From positions 1 through 59,159 of IMG/VR virus record IMGVR_UViG_3300044506_000022: 59,159 nucleotides of DNA; one strand, 5' to 3'. The stretch comes from a virus (lineage: Duplodnaviria; Caudoviricetes). Positions 35,243-45,265 of the stretch are shown in pieces. The notes below the pieces were generated by a model. That model saw nothing but the letters and a program-made list of their open reading frames with translations. It searched no databases and was not told where the DNA came from. Each line of letters starts with the position of its first letter. Position 1 is the first letter of the stretch. The position numbers and the translations under genes are program-made.

Positions 35243-35791
35243 TTACAAAAACTCTAATACTTGCCACTTCAACCAACCTGTATATCCAGTCCCGTCCCAT
35301 GCAAGAATATTTAATGTTGTTGCATTTGGAAAACTTGTAATAGTGGGTTGCACACTTCCACCACTTGAAGAATCAGCATAATAAGCTAATGCAATAGCTT
35401 TTGAAGGATTAATACTTGCAATTGTTATGTTATAATTTATACCAGTTACTGTTGCACTACTTGTCGATGTATATGTCCCACTTTGCTTACTTTTTACGTT
35501 ATTAAATTCAATAATAGTTAATCCTACATTTATATTATTTATTGAAGCAGAAGTACTTGTTAATTGTATCGTTGTATTATTAATTATTTCAGGAGTAATA
35601 TTATAAGCAATATTTGTTGGCAAAGGATTTCCGTAATCTAATATAACTATTGTTTTATTTGGGTCTATACTACCAATCGTCACATTTACCAATTTAGTAT
35701 TCAGATAAGCAACAGAAACTTTTTGGATAGAGTTAATACTTTTACGATTACCAACCCCATCTCCAGGTCTACTAAATCCTGCTATCGGCAT
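35243..35791 (-). CDS. Tail fibre-associated/receptor-binding protein
   Basis: Two internal repeats (SIQK...SID.NK.I...IEF; SKQSG...SIN.SK.I...LEF). Confidence 0.6.
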   Translation of the reverse strand: MPIAGFSRPGDGVGNRKSINSIQKVSVAYLNTKLVNVTIGSIDPNKTIVILDYGNPLPTNIAYNITPEIINNTTIQLTSTSASINNINVGLTIIEFNNVKSKQSGTYTSTSSATVTGINYNITIASINPSKAIALAYYADSSSGGSVQPTITSFPNATTLNILAWDGTGYTGWLKWQVLEFL

Positions 35792-36228
35792 TAGAAGTCA
35801 CCGCCTTGAACTACCACTTCCCAAGCAGTCGCAACAGTAGTACCGATTGTAGCGTATAGCTTGTAGTTTGGTGGTAATACAAGTGCTCTATTATCATTCG
35901 GTTGACGAACGATTACTTCTGATTGTCCATTAACTTCTGAAATTGTGATAGATGGTAAAGTTACATCTGTATAAACAGTGTTGTTTGAAGCAATTGTGTT
36001 AGCTGAACCGTTATTAATGAAAATTCGTAAGGCACTAGCAACAGATGTACCAAGTGGTAATGCTTTGATTTCATCTACCCTTGAACCGTTTGCTCCTGCT
36101 GTAAAAATTAAAACTGCGTTTGTAGTAGTGCCATCATGATTCTTTGATGCGGTTGCATCGGCTGTTTGAACTTGCCCCCAGTTTATTTTAGGTGTAGACG
36201 GAAAAATAGGTACTGTATTTGCTGGCAT
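35791..36228 (-). CDS. Tail fibre-associated structural protein
   Basis: MPANT.PIF, TAGANGSRV, LVLP..YKL, GGDF; follows the fibre gene. Confidence 0.6.
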   Translation of the reverse strand: MPANTVPIFPSTPKINWGQVQTADATASKNHDGTTTNAVLIFTAGANGSRVDEIKALPLGTSVASALRIFINNGSANTIASNNTVYTDVTLPSITISEVNGQSEVIVRQPNDNRALVLPPNYKLYATIGTTVATAWEVVVQGGDF

Positions 36229-36231
36229 AAA

Positions 36232-37710
36232 TTAAAAACCTCCCCATGCATTGTTATAAATATATAAAGTAGAACCAACGGTTGAACTTCCAACGGTAGC
36301 CTGTGTCAATACTGAAGAACCACCTACAGTCATTGTTCCAGTTACTGCAACATTACCATTAAAAGTTGCTCCACCTTGAGCTGATGTGGCATTTGGTGGA
36401 TAAGTAGCATTATTTCCAGAATCAAAAACAATTGTTCCTGTTGGGACGGTAGTTGTAGCGTTTCCGATTGCTACTGCAGTGTTTTGTTGACTTGATAAAG
36501 AAGCACCGTAAGCTGCGACAATTGCGATAGCACTTTTTGAAGCTACCCCTCTTAAATAAACATTGATACTTCCATCTGCTTGCTTGTAAGCTATAACTCT
36601 TAAATTCTGACGAGAGTTAATTGGATCGTTACCTTCTTGCATATATTGATAGTTAAATTTACTTGAATTTCCGCTTCCTGTATCCCTGTTTCCAAACATT
36701 ATCCAGTCATTAATCAAAACAGTTGAATCCCAATCTGGACCACCTTGGAATTCGATTATGAGCTTATCGAACGTGGTTGATTGAGAAGCAGGTAACGTTC
36801 CAACTAGCCAATATTGGTCTTGAGCAGGTGCATTTAGTTGAATACGTTGACCAACAACTCCATCAGCATGTAAGCCATCTAATGTATCTGAATCTAGTCC
36901 ATTCCCTGAGCCTGTATAGATATTAGCTAATGGGACTTTTTTATTTGCATCTAAAGGAGCTATACCATTTGCAAGGTTTTTTGAAAAACTAGTCCAAGTT
37001 GAACTCCATGTAGTACCTCCATCTGGTGAATTGCGTAAATACAAAAGATTAGAATTGTTTCTTCCATAGGCTAAATGAGTAATAGAGTTCGCACTATCAT
37101 TTATTACAAATAAATCAAACGTATCAGTTGTATTCGGTGCATTAGTTAAGTTAGCGACAGTAATAGCATAAGTACCTTGTGTTTTTAAACTATTCCAATC
37201 ACCACTAGTTACTTGAGTTGGTGTACTTGACATAGCACCTGCGAATGAAATCTGTGAACCATTTACGTTCAAAGGTACAAGATTACGTCTATCAGTAATG
37301 TTCCCGCTAATTATCTTAGTTACGTTAGCGCCTACACTAATTGCATAAAGTTTTACATAACCAGTGTCAGCACCAGGTTCTACAGGAGAAGCACTTGCCA
37401 CCCCTTGTTTTATCATTATTGAAGGTAGTGAATTTACATCATCATGACCTATTTGGATAATATCGATACGAGGCAACGTAGGGTTTGATGCTGTTACTGT
37501 TAACTGAATTGTATTTGTATCATTCTCAACCCTGTATCCATCTACCCAAGCAACTCCTGCTCCAATGTTAATCTTCATATCGTTACCGGTTAAGGTTGTT
37601 GGAAAATGAGTAGATTGAACAACCCCATTACCAAAGAAGTCTTTATCTCGATTTATAAAGTCTGTCCTCTTATACTTAATTCCATCATAAAAACTAATAT
37701 TCATTGTCAT
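36232..37710 (-). CDS. Tail fibre protein
   Basis: G.AWVDG...PRID...ITDRR anchor, pyocin-knob-like segment, GLDSDTLDGLH. Confidence 0.8.
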   Translation of the reverse strand: MTMNISFYDGIKYKRTDFINRDKDFFGNGVVQSTHFPTTLTGNDMKINIGAGVAWVDGYRVENDTNTIQLTVTASNPTLPRIDIIQIGHDDVNSLPSIMIKQGVASASPVEPGADTGYVKLYAISVGANVTKIISGNITDRRNLVPLNVNGSQISFAGAMSSTPTQVTSGDWNSLKTQGTYAITVANLTNAPNTTDTFDLFVINDSANSITHLAYGRNNSNLLYLRNSPDGGTTWSSTWTSFSKNLANGIAPLDANKKVPLANIYTGSGNGLDSDTLDGLHADGVVGQRIQLNAPAQDQYWLVGTLPASQSTTFDKLIIEFQGGPDWDSTVLINDWIMFGNRDTGSGNSSKFNYQYMQEGNDPINSRQNLRVIAYKQADGSINVYLRGVASKSAIAIVAAYGASLSSQQNTAVAIGNATTTVPTGTIVFDSGNNATYPPNATSAQGGATFNGNVAVTGTMTVGGSSVLTQATVGSSTVGSTLYIYNNAWGGF

Positions 37711-37713
37711 TGT

Positions 37714-38253
37714 TTATACTCCTCCCGCATGAACGAATAGAGCAGTAGACCTAGCTGGCTTGGCGTTATTTACTGCGTTTTGTAAATCAGCTCGTATATA
37801 AGAAATATTATTTGGATTGTTGACTATTACTTGAAAAGTAAATACGTCATATCCTCCAAACACAAAATTCCCCATTGGAGAAACACCCATCGTAAAACTT
37901 TGAGGTCCATATTCGATAATAGTAGGTGCAAATCCAGTAAAGTTCTGAACGATTTGACTAATATTGGCTACAGTTGGACCACCTGTGTAAATTGGTAATA
38001 TTGCTAGTATCCTAGTTCGATAATTAGCGTCACTTTCATTTAAACGTCTTGGAACTCCCCAATCTTTACCATGATTGTCTAAAGCAGTTCCTGTTGCGGT
38101 ACTAACTGCAAATTGATTAGCTAAATTCGTTTGTTGTGGGTCTACTGCATCTAACTGATTGCCAATAGTACCCATCATTTGACCAAGATTTGAATTAGTA
38201 TCTTTTGTAAATAAATTAGAAAGTCGATTTAATAGCGTTGTTGCATTTCCCAA
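37714..38253 (-). CDS. Baseplate wedge protein
   Basis: TATG..LD..G...GV.R..NESD..YR.RI; KPA. Confidence 0.75.
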   Translation of the reverse strand: MGNATTLLNRLSNLFTKDTNSNLGQMMGTIGNQLDAVDPQQTNLANQFAVSTATGTALDNHGKDWGVPRRLNESDANYRTRILAILPIYTGGPTVANISQIVQNFTGFAPTIIEYGPQSFTMGVSPMGNFVFGGYDVFTFQVIVNNPNNISYIRADLQNAVNNAKPARSTALFVHAGGV

Positions 38254-38266
38254 TTTGTTAACCTCC

Positions 38267-39352
38267 TTACATTGGAGTTACAGTAATTGTTCCAGACTGA
38301 GGAAGTTGAAAAGATGAAAATGTAACATCTGCATCTGTACTCGTTGCGTTTATTACTCCCGAAACTCCTAATGCAACTGCGATTAATTGAGATTCGTAGA
38401 GTGTCCCAATAGTCCCTCCACCAATACCTAAGTTGTTAATAAAGTTTGTAATTGCAGTTTGGACTAGGTTACTAGTTGCAGTTGGATCATATCCACTTGC
38501 TAGTTTTACATTGATTGTTCTATTAACTGTAATCGGTGTAGGTGCGAACACTTTTGCATCATCTGTAATAATTCTTCCTGCATCAATCACGCTTTGTACT
38601 TGTGTAATCAAGGCTGCGCTTGGTAAAGAGTTGTTTGTCCCTACAATAAATATATCAACCGTCCCTGCACCTCTGTTTTGAGGAACTACTTTTGCAGTTT
38701 GTATTCCTGGAATACTTAGTACCGTTTGTTGGTACCATGCTAATGTTCCTTGAGCTTTTGATGAAAGTGCTGCTAACAATCGTTGTCTGTACGAATCGTC
38801 TATCTCTGTATCACTTCCATAAGTACCATTCGCTAAACTAGTAAGTTGTACTCCGTCTATACCTGGTACTGAAGAACCGATGACAAGTAACGTATTAGGA
38901 GCGATATTCCCAATGGACCCTGCTGTTTGACAAGTTGCAGTCATATTAACACTTAATGTTCCAGTTGTTAGATAAGTTGTAGAGTCAGTCGCAAATGTGA
39001 TTGGCGCTTGACCAGGAACAGGAATAGTCGTTATAACTGTCCCTTGTGGTATGGTTATCTGTTGTGCTGAAACAACATTTCTTACAAATGTGAAATTCCA
39101 ATTAGCAGGAGTGGCTTGTTTTCTTGTTATCCCTAAATCCGCACCTTTTGCATCTAATCCACTTCCAGTTGCGCTAGTAATGTAAGCTTGATTCTGAGCA
39201 TTGCCAATCGCAAAGTAGATTTCATCAATGACACTTGCGACTGCTGATAGAATCTGTCCGATTATAGACGTTGGTGTAAAATCGGTTAACTTACTGCCGA
39301 TTGTTTGTAAATAAAAAATCATGGCATTTAATATGTCGTTAAAACTAGGCAT
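38267..39352 (-). CDS. Baseplate J/gp47-family protein
   Basis: ATG..LD, GNI, G.DTE.DD.YR.R, RGAGTVD. Confidence 0.9.
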   Translation of the reverse strand: MPSFNDILNAMIFYLQTIGSKLTDFTPTSIIGQILSAVASVIDEIYFAIGNAQNQAYITSATGSGLDAKGADLGITRKQATPANWNFTFVRNVVSAQQITIPQGTVITTIPVPGQAPITFATDSTTYLTTGTLSVNMTATCQTAGSIGNIAPNTLLVIGSSVPGIDGVQLTSLANGTYGSDTEIDDSYRQRLLAALSSKAQGTLAWYQQTVLSIPGIQTAKVVPQNRGAGTVDIFIVGTNNSLPSAALITQVQSVIDAGRIITDDAKVFAPTPITVNRTINVKLASGYDPTATSNLVQTAITNFINNLGIGGGTIGTLYESQLIAVALGVSGVINATSTDADVTFSSFQLPQSGTITVTPM

Positions 39353-39355
39353 TCA

Positions 39356-39760
39356 TCATCCTCCTATCACGACAGGTATTTCAATCGGTCCGTAACCACT
39401 GACCGTTGCTTGTATTGTGATAACTAATGTGTTGACTGCTTGTGTATCGTCAATGATCACATTTTGAACCGATAGAATTCGGCTATCTTGCATCAAAGTA
39501 TTTTGGACAATGGTTGTCATTTCTTGTTTCATCGTATCTGTAATAGGTACATCTATATAATCTGTTAAATTGGTTCCAACTGGATCATCCCATAAATACG
39601 TGTAAGGCAAAGTAGTTAAAAAAGTATTGATAGCTTGTTTAACATTGTCAGATCCACTAATTAAAAAAACACTTCCAGATGTTGAAAGTGTTAAATCTCC
39701 TTTGCTATCTAATGTTAAATCAGTCCCAAGCGGATCCGTTGAAGGTAAAGAATAAGCCAT
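39356..39760 (-). CDS. Baseplate wedge gpW/gp25-like protein
   Basis: GDL...SG.DNVKQA...L.QDSRI..V. Confidence 0.75.
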   Translation of the reverse strand: MAYSLPSTDPLGTDLTLDSKGDLTLSTSGSVFLISGSDNVKQAINTFLTTLPYTYLWDDPVGTNLTDYIDVPITDTMKQEMTTIVQNTLMQDSRILSVQNVIIDDTQAVNTLVITIQATVSGYGPIEIPVVIGG

Positions 39761-39766
39761 GTGTTA

Positions 39767-40216
39767 TCACCAACTTTGTGAAGTTTTCCCATTGATCGTG
39801 ACACCTTTACTTGAGTTGATACTAATTGAACCATCTGAATTAATCAGAATAGAACTTCCAGTTGAATGAACAAATCCTACTGCTCCAAACGGTACATTCG
39901 GCTGTAAAGTAACTGGAGAATAAACACCACCAATTACTGTCCCTGTATTCAAATCCCCCATATCAAATATGACTTTTACCATCGTCCCTTCTTGTGGAGG
40001 AGGGAAAATTAAGCCTAAATTGTTACCGATATAAGGAGTTGCTATTTTTAACCAACCTGTCTCGATTTGATATGGTTCTAGCATCACTTTTACCGCATAC
40101 GGTGCCGAGTTGTTAATGGAAGTTACTGTTCCTTCCAATACGAATTGTTTTTGATTTGTATGTTCATTGACTATATGTTTAACTTGTTCAACCCAGTTTA
40201 ATGAAGGATTGTACAT
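39767..40216 (-). CDS. Baseplate spike (gpV/gp45-like)
   Basis: VKVMLEP...ETGWL...PP..G..V.V.F..GD...G.VIG..Y. Confidence 0.8.
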   Translation of the reverse strand: MYNPSLNWVEQVKHIVNEHTNQKQFVLEGTVTSINNSAPYAVKVMLEPYQIETGWLKIATPYIGNNLGLIFPPPQEGTMVKVIFDMGDLNTGTVIGGVYSPVTLQPNVPFGAVGFVHSTGSSILINSDGSISINSSKGVTINGKTSQSW

Positions 40217-40218
40217 TA

Positions 40219-41331
40219 TTACATACCTCCATCATCTTGTAATAAGAGATTACTCAAATAAATATCACAAAAATAACCACTCTGCTCCATGTCGAAGGTG
40301 TGAGTGGCTTTACGGATATAATATGTTTGGCTTAATCCTTTTCCTACACCTTGAAGATTGATTGGCTGGTTAGGAATAAGCTTTGAATTACCGCTAACTT
40401 GCATTTGCGCGATTAATTCCATTTTACTTAATTGATCTAGTAAGCTGTTCGCTCTTTTCTGTGCTTGATCTTGTGTTAAACCTGTATAATAATACGTTTG
40501 ATTTACAGATGTTTGATAGGTTGTATTTCGTTGTGCTTTTGCTTTAATGTGCTTGTGTGTCGTTTTGTTAAATGAATGGACATTTACAATGATGTTCTTA
40601 GCAGCATGAGGACTTCTGCTTAATTGGCATTCAAGAATGTTCCAACCCCATGCATAATCAAAAGGATTAGTGGTTATTTTTGATTGAATCGCACTAGCTG
40701 GCATAAAGTACAACGTGTTATCCCATACCATTACCTCAAAACCTTCATTGTCAGCTAAGTATGCAAGAATATCCCACTCACAATTATCTTTCGTCATATT
40801 AATAGAATCACCACTGTAATAATGACCTGCTAACGTGTAAGTGTCTTGAATCTGAGTGTTAAGTCCGTGATTTTTAGCAAACATTCTAGCAACTGCACTA
40901 CTTGTCATATTTTGAAATTTGTTTGTTGTTTTATTGTCTAATAATGGAGCAACTTGACTTCTTCCTGTTAAGTTAATAACCTCTCCATGTTCACTTAAGT
41001 TAAGGTCAATCGTATCAACATATCCATACATAATTCTTGTAAGATCATTTGTAGTGTAAGATTGTGCGTTTTGTGGAAATCCTACAAAGATTTCTACTAA
41101 GATATTGCTCTTTGTAAATAAAAGACTAGTTCCATCATTTGTTGAAATGAGATAATCCTTTTTAACGTTATTCGTAATTTTAAACGGTAGACTGATTGTA
41201 AAATCACTAGCATAACGATTACTGTTAAGATTGACTGTCCAATTTAAAAAGAATGTTTGATTTCCATCCAGACGAACAATTGAACGAGGTTGACTGTATC
41301 CACGAACGTTATTATTTTTAATTGGAATCAT
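40219..41331 (-). CDS. Baseplate hub (gpD-like)
   Basis: GYVD, LTGR...L.D, WD.L.YLA..EGF, ~370 aa, position. Confidence 0.75.
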   Translation of the reverse strand: MIPIKNNNVRGYSQPRSIVRLDGNQTFFLNWTVNLNSNRYASDFTISLPFKITNNVKKDYLISTNDGTSLLFTKSNILVEIFVGFPQNAQSYTTNDLTRIMYGYVDTIDLNLSEHGEVINLTGRSQVAPLLDNKTTNKFQNMTSSAVARMFAKNHGLNTQIQDTYTLAGHYYSGDSINMTKDNCEWDILAYLADNEGFEVMVWDNTLYFMPASAIQSKITTNPFDYAWGWNILECQLSRSPHAAKNIIVNVHSFNKTTHKHIKAKAQRNTTYQTSVNQTYYYTGLTQDQAQKRANSLLDQLSKMELIAQMQVSGNSKLIPNQPINLQGVGKGLSQTYYIRKATHTFDMEQSGYFCDIYLSNLLLQDDGGM

Positions 41332-41924
41332 GGAATCACCAACTTCTGTCCAGTAATAATTTTTGTACCACTTAAATTATTTGCCGAAGCGATTTTTTTA
41401 TATAGAGAACCACTACCGTAATATTTCAATGATATTTTCCAAAGCGAATCATCTTTTTTAACAATATAGGTCCGTTGAGGAGCAGAAGTGTTATTCGTCT
41501 TGCTTATTCCATTCGGAAATACAACAGATGTATTTGGTGGTACACTATTTGTACTCGAAGGTTTAAAGTTAAACATATTTACGATCTCTAGTTCAATCGA
41601 GTAAGGAATTCGACTAGGTGCTTGATAATCATATTTAAAGTTTTTGATTATAACACTTAATGGATTGTTCGAACCAAATTTGAATGTATATACTCCACCA
41701 GATTTGTACATTTGATAAAGTTTTTGTGCTTTTGATAGAGCATTTTTATAGTTAAACAAGCCACTAAAACTAATGTTGTCATCAAATGAACCAAAAGATT
41801 GCACATCTTTATACCCTCCTGGGAACTTATTGACTGCTAACATTTGCTCTCCACCAAGAGGGATGGTTTCTGGTAGATCGTCGATTTCGAAATTAAAGGA
41901 ACCTAATTGTAGTTTATCTGCCAT
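41328..41924 (-). CDS. Tail tube initiator/LysM protein
   Basis: C-terminal LysM YIVKKDDSLWKIS.KYYG...GQKLVIP; follows the tape measure gene. Confidence 0.8.
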   Translation of the reverse strand: MADKLQLGSFNFEIDDLPETIPLGGEQMLAVNKFPGGYKDVQSFGSFDDNISFSGLFNYKNALSKAQKLYQMYKSGGVYTFKFGSNNPLSVIIKNFKYDYQAPSRIPYSIELEIVNMFNFKPSSTNSVPPNTSVVFPNGISKTNNTSAPQRTYIVKKDDSLWKISLKYYGSGSLYKKIASANNLSGTKIITGQKLVIP

Positions 41925-41938
41925 TTAGTTCACCTCGA

Positions 41939-44251
41939 TCATGGCATAGCACCGAAAGTAGGATATGGACTTGTATTCATATTCATTTTTCTGGTTTCTT
42001 TATGGAAATCTTGTGCAAATTGCTTTCCGTTATTACTATTTACATTGATGTTGTAATGATTTGTTGTATTACCGCTTTTATGAGTTGGACCGCTTTTGTT
42101 TCCTCCTCCAGTTGCCCAGTTCCATAGATTTTCACTACCACCCTTTGCCCAGTTCCATAGATTTTTACCACCTTTACCAATCGTACTGAAAATATCGGTT
42201 ACAGGCTTAAATATTCCTAGTAAGTCATCAACAAGTTTCATGAAGTCTTTTTTCAAATCTCCGAAGTGACCTGTGAACAAGTCTACGAAAATTTTTCCGT
42301 AATCTGCCCACGCGTGGATATACGTGTTGAAAATTTGTTTGATGTCTTTCCATATTCTTGTTAATCCATCTCTAAAACCGAGGAAGTTTTTATTCCACAT
42401 CAGTATTCCTGCTGCAATTATCGCGGTTACTCCTGCAATTATCCATCCGACAGGTCCCATTGCAACAAGCCAATCGGCTGCAATTCCTATTGCCCATCTA
42501 GCTGCTTGAATGCCTAGCTTGATTAAGAAACCTGAGAACCTTCCAAGTATTTTAATCACCGCTAGTGTTCCTGTGCCCATGAACTTGAACGCAGTTCCGA
42601 GTCCTTTTAACCCTTTCGCAAGCTTAGTTGCTTCACCTGCTGCATTTTTTAACTTGAACATCTTAAATGCTGCATTAGCCATCTGAACATTACCGACAAT
42701 TAATTTGATTACGCCTGAAAGAAGTTTACCTCCTACCATTAACAATGCAAAGTCCCCCACAATTTTAGCAATTCCTGGATGTGCTTCTGAGAACTTAAGA
42801 AGTCCGCCCATGAACTTATTCAAACTTTTTATTGCAGGATTCAGCATTATTGCAAGTTGTTGACCAACCCGTAGCATTAAGGACATACTGTTTGACTTGA
42901 ACAAATTCATTTGTCCTTCAGGTGTATTCTGCAAGTCATTGTTAATTTGCTCCATTGACTTGGTTTTACCCAACTGGCCACGCATTTTCTCCAACTGCTC
43001 CATTGACCTAGGATTTGAGAAAATACTTGCTGCCCGTCCACCTTGTATTCCAAAGATGTCATGATATGCTGCAGTCAGTTTCATTGGGTTCATCGTCTTA
43101 GATAATTCAATCATTGTCTTTAACATTCCGTCCAAGTCTCTTAAACTTCCGTCCTTGTTAAAGAATTGAGAGTTACCTTGCTTGTCTATGAAACCTAGTT
43201 CTTCCATTGCTTTCCATGACCTTGATTTTTTGTACCCTTTTATATTGCCTTTCTTATCTAAAATAGGTTTAGGCATACCACCACTTATTCCGGGAACCAT
43301 TCGCATAATCATATCAGCTGCATTTGTACCACCATGTGAACCTGATAACCCAAGTGTATTAGCAACCGCTGCTAATGCCATTGTATCTTTTTCCTTCATG
43401 TGTAGTGTATTTGCAGTCGGCGCTAGGTATTTTATGGTCTGTTGCAATTGAGAACTATCACCTGGTTGCATCATTGAATACTTATTGAACGTATTTAAGA
43501 AGTTTTCAAAACTTTTCGTATCATAATGACCGAACAAGTGAGACATTTCAATAGCTTGTTTTGTTGATTCTATCGGGTCACTTGCCTTATGTTCATACAT
43601 TTGAGACTCTGCAAACTTCGAAACTGGTAACATTAATTTTTGAGCATCGCCTATTTTGTTAAATCCGCCCGATGTTAGTGTTTGAGCAATCTGTGCAACT
43701 TCCATGTCGTTAAACTTTGAAACTGCTGCAGACGTATTCATTACTGCATCACCGAACTTCTGCATTTGCTTTGTACTTGCCCCAGTTGAGTCTTGGATTA
43801 CTGTCATGTTTGCCTGGAACTCTCCGGCTTTTTTAACAAGTTCCATTACTCCCCATGCACCAACTGCTCCAATTGCTAAATCATGTACCCCTGAACTTGC
43901 AAGTTCTTTTCCTGCATTGTATTTTCCTTGAAGTTCTGCCATTTCTCTTTGATAATTACGCATTTTCATAAAGCTTTGTTCAATTGCTGCTATTTCTTCT
44001 TTAGATTTTCCAATTGCAGTTAAGTCTTTAGAAAGGCTACTGAATGCTTTTACATCTCCTAACCTTTCTAAATCCCTTGTCATTGCTTTGATTTCAGCTT
44101 TGCTTGCACCCATCATTTTTAGGGATTTGTTCATTTCTTTAATGGAATTATGAGTATTTAGCATACTGCCTTCCATCATTTTCATCGGCCTAGTCAAATG
44201 ATCTATAGCAGTAATTTCAACTGCAACTTTAAACATTTCACCTATGCTCAT
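41939..44251 (-). CDS. Tail tape measure protein (TP901-like)
   Basis: Long helical protein, GLSGS.GGT, IFG..G.RAA, MGPVGWII. Confidence 0.88.
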   Translation of the reverse strand: MSIGEMFKVAVEITAIDHLTRPMKMMEGSMLNTHNSIKEMNKSLKMMGASKAEIKAMTRDLERLGDVKAFSSLSKDLTAIGKSKEEIAAIEQSFMKMRNYQREMAELQGKYNAGKELASSGVHDLAIGAVGAWGVMELVKKAGEFQANMTVIQDSTGASTKQMQKFGDAVMNTSAAVSKFNDMEVAQIAQTLTSGGFNKIGDAQKLMLPVSKFAESQMYEHKASDPIESTKQAIEMSHLFGHYDTKSFENFLNTFNKYSMMQPGDSSQLQQTIKYLAPTANTLHMKEKDTMALAAVANTLGLSGSHGGTNAADMIMRMVPGISGGMPKPILDKKGNIKGYKKSRSWKAMEELGFIDKQGNSQFFNKDGSLRDLDGMLKTMIELSKTMNPMKLTAAYHDIFGIQGGRAASIFSNPRSMEQLEKMRGQLGKTKSMEQINNDLQNTPEGQMNLFKSNSMSLMLRVGQQLAIMLNPAIKSLNKFMGGLLKFSEAHPGIAKIVGDFALLMVGGKLLSGVIKLIVGNVQMANAAFKMFKLKNAAGEATKLAKGLKGLGTAFKFMGTGTLAVIKILGRFSGFLIKLGIQAARWAIGIAADWLVAMGPVGWIIAGVTAIIAAGILMWNKNFLGFRDGLTRIWKDIKQIFNTYIHAWADYGKIFVDLFTGHFGDLKKDFMKLVDDLLGIFKPVTDIFSTIGKGGKNLWNWAKGGSENLWNWATGGGNKSGPTHKSGNTTNHYNINVNSNNGKQFAQDFHKETRKMNMNTSPYPTFGAMP

Positions 44252-44289
44252 ACTTCTTCACCTCTAATCAAAGGGAAAAGGCAAATCCC

Positions 44290-44457
44290 TTAATCTTTGG
44301 AATTTGCCTCAATAAATAGTTCTAGTGCTGCTCTTCTATATACAGTTGTCCATGTTTTGCATTCTTCAAAAGAAACACCGTAAGAAACTAACGCAAGGCA
44401 TTCTTGAAAGGCTCGGGAACCCTTCAGAGCATCAATGCGTTTTCTTATCCGTTTCCC
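44290..44457 (-). CDS. -1 frameshift extension of the tail assembly chaperone (gpGT-like)
   Basis: G GGA AAC slippery site at 44457-44451 in the correct phase; -1 frame open 55 codons to TAA at 44290. Confidence 0.75.
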   Translation of the reverse strand, partial: GKRIRKRIDALKGSRAFQECLALVSYGVSFEECKTWTTVYRRAALELFIEANSKD

Positions 44458-44816
44458 TGTTCATCTACTCCGTTCAGAGTAGCATACAATAAACGAATTT
44501 TATTCCAATCTTTTGTTTTAAACTGACTTAAAAAGTCTCGATATTCACTGTATTTTCCCAATCTTTGTATTGATTGGTCATTAATTTTCACGATTGTTTT
44601 AGCAATTAAACAAGACTGAAGAACAATCATACCTGCCCCATTTGCTTCAACTAAATCACCTAATTCAGCTGCAACGATCATCTCATCAGCACCAGTTGAT
44701 TCACGTAGTTCAACAATTCTTCCATCACTTAGTTGCGCTTGGTTTTCAGTTAATACCTGAGTATTCACTTGATTCTCTACTTGATTCTCTACTACTTGGT
44801 TATCTAATGTTTCCAT
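44445..44816 (-). CDS. Tail assembly chaperone (gpG-like)
   Basis: Between tube and tape measure genes; ends at the slippery site. Confidence 0.75.
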   Translation of the reverse strand: METLDNQVVENQVENQVNTQVLTENQAQLSDGRIVELRESTGADEMIVAAELGDLVEANGAGMIVLQSCLIAKTIVKINDQSIQRLGKYSEYRDFLSQFKTKDWNKIRLLYATLNGVDEQGNG

Positions 44817-44825
44817 ATTTTATCC

Positions 44826-45251
44826 CTACCCCTTCATGCGCTTCGAACAAGCGCCTTTAAAATTTTCTTTAATTTCATCTTCTGAATTTGATGCGTCTCC
44901 GCCATATCCATACAGGATAGTGTCAGGGTATATCCAAACTTCTGTATTCCCATCAAATTGCGTAATAGTCTCTGTAACACGAACCCTTGGAGCAGGTCTT
45001 CCTGCTAATAGTTCTTGATCAATCGCATCAAAGAATCTAGCAATCTGACTATCTATTTTTCCAGTTTTAAAATCCATATCCCAACCTTTATAAATGAGCT
45101 GTTGACGTTCAGCAACTTCTCCAAGTGGATGCCAAGTTTTAATTTCGTGTTTTTGGTTCTTTTGAAAACTATCTACTTCAATACTTAATACTCCTGTCGA
45201 AGCATATAATTCAATTTTAGCTGAACTACCTAGAATACGATCTTTAGCCAT
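44826..45251 (-). CDS. Tail tube protein
   Basis: 141 aa directly after the sheath gene. Confidence 0.75.
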   Translation of the reverse strand: MAKDRILGSSAKIELYASTGVLSIEVDSFQKNQKHEIKTWHPLGEVAERQQLIYKGWDMDFKTGKIDSQIARFFDAIDQELLAGRPAPRVRVTETITQFDGNTEVWIYPDTILYGYGGDASNSEDEIKENFKGACSKRMKG

Positions 45252-45265
45252 TTAGTTCACACTCC

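Noticed and set aside
42112-42165. 21-bp direct repeat at a 33-bp period
   Set aside because: Explained by the 11-aa tape measure repeat (NLWNWA), ordinary for this protein class.
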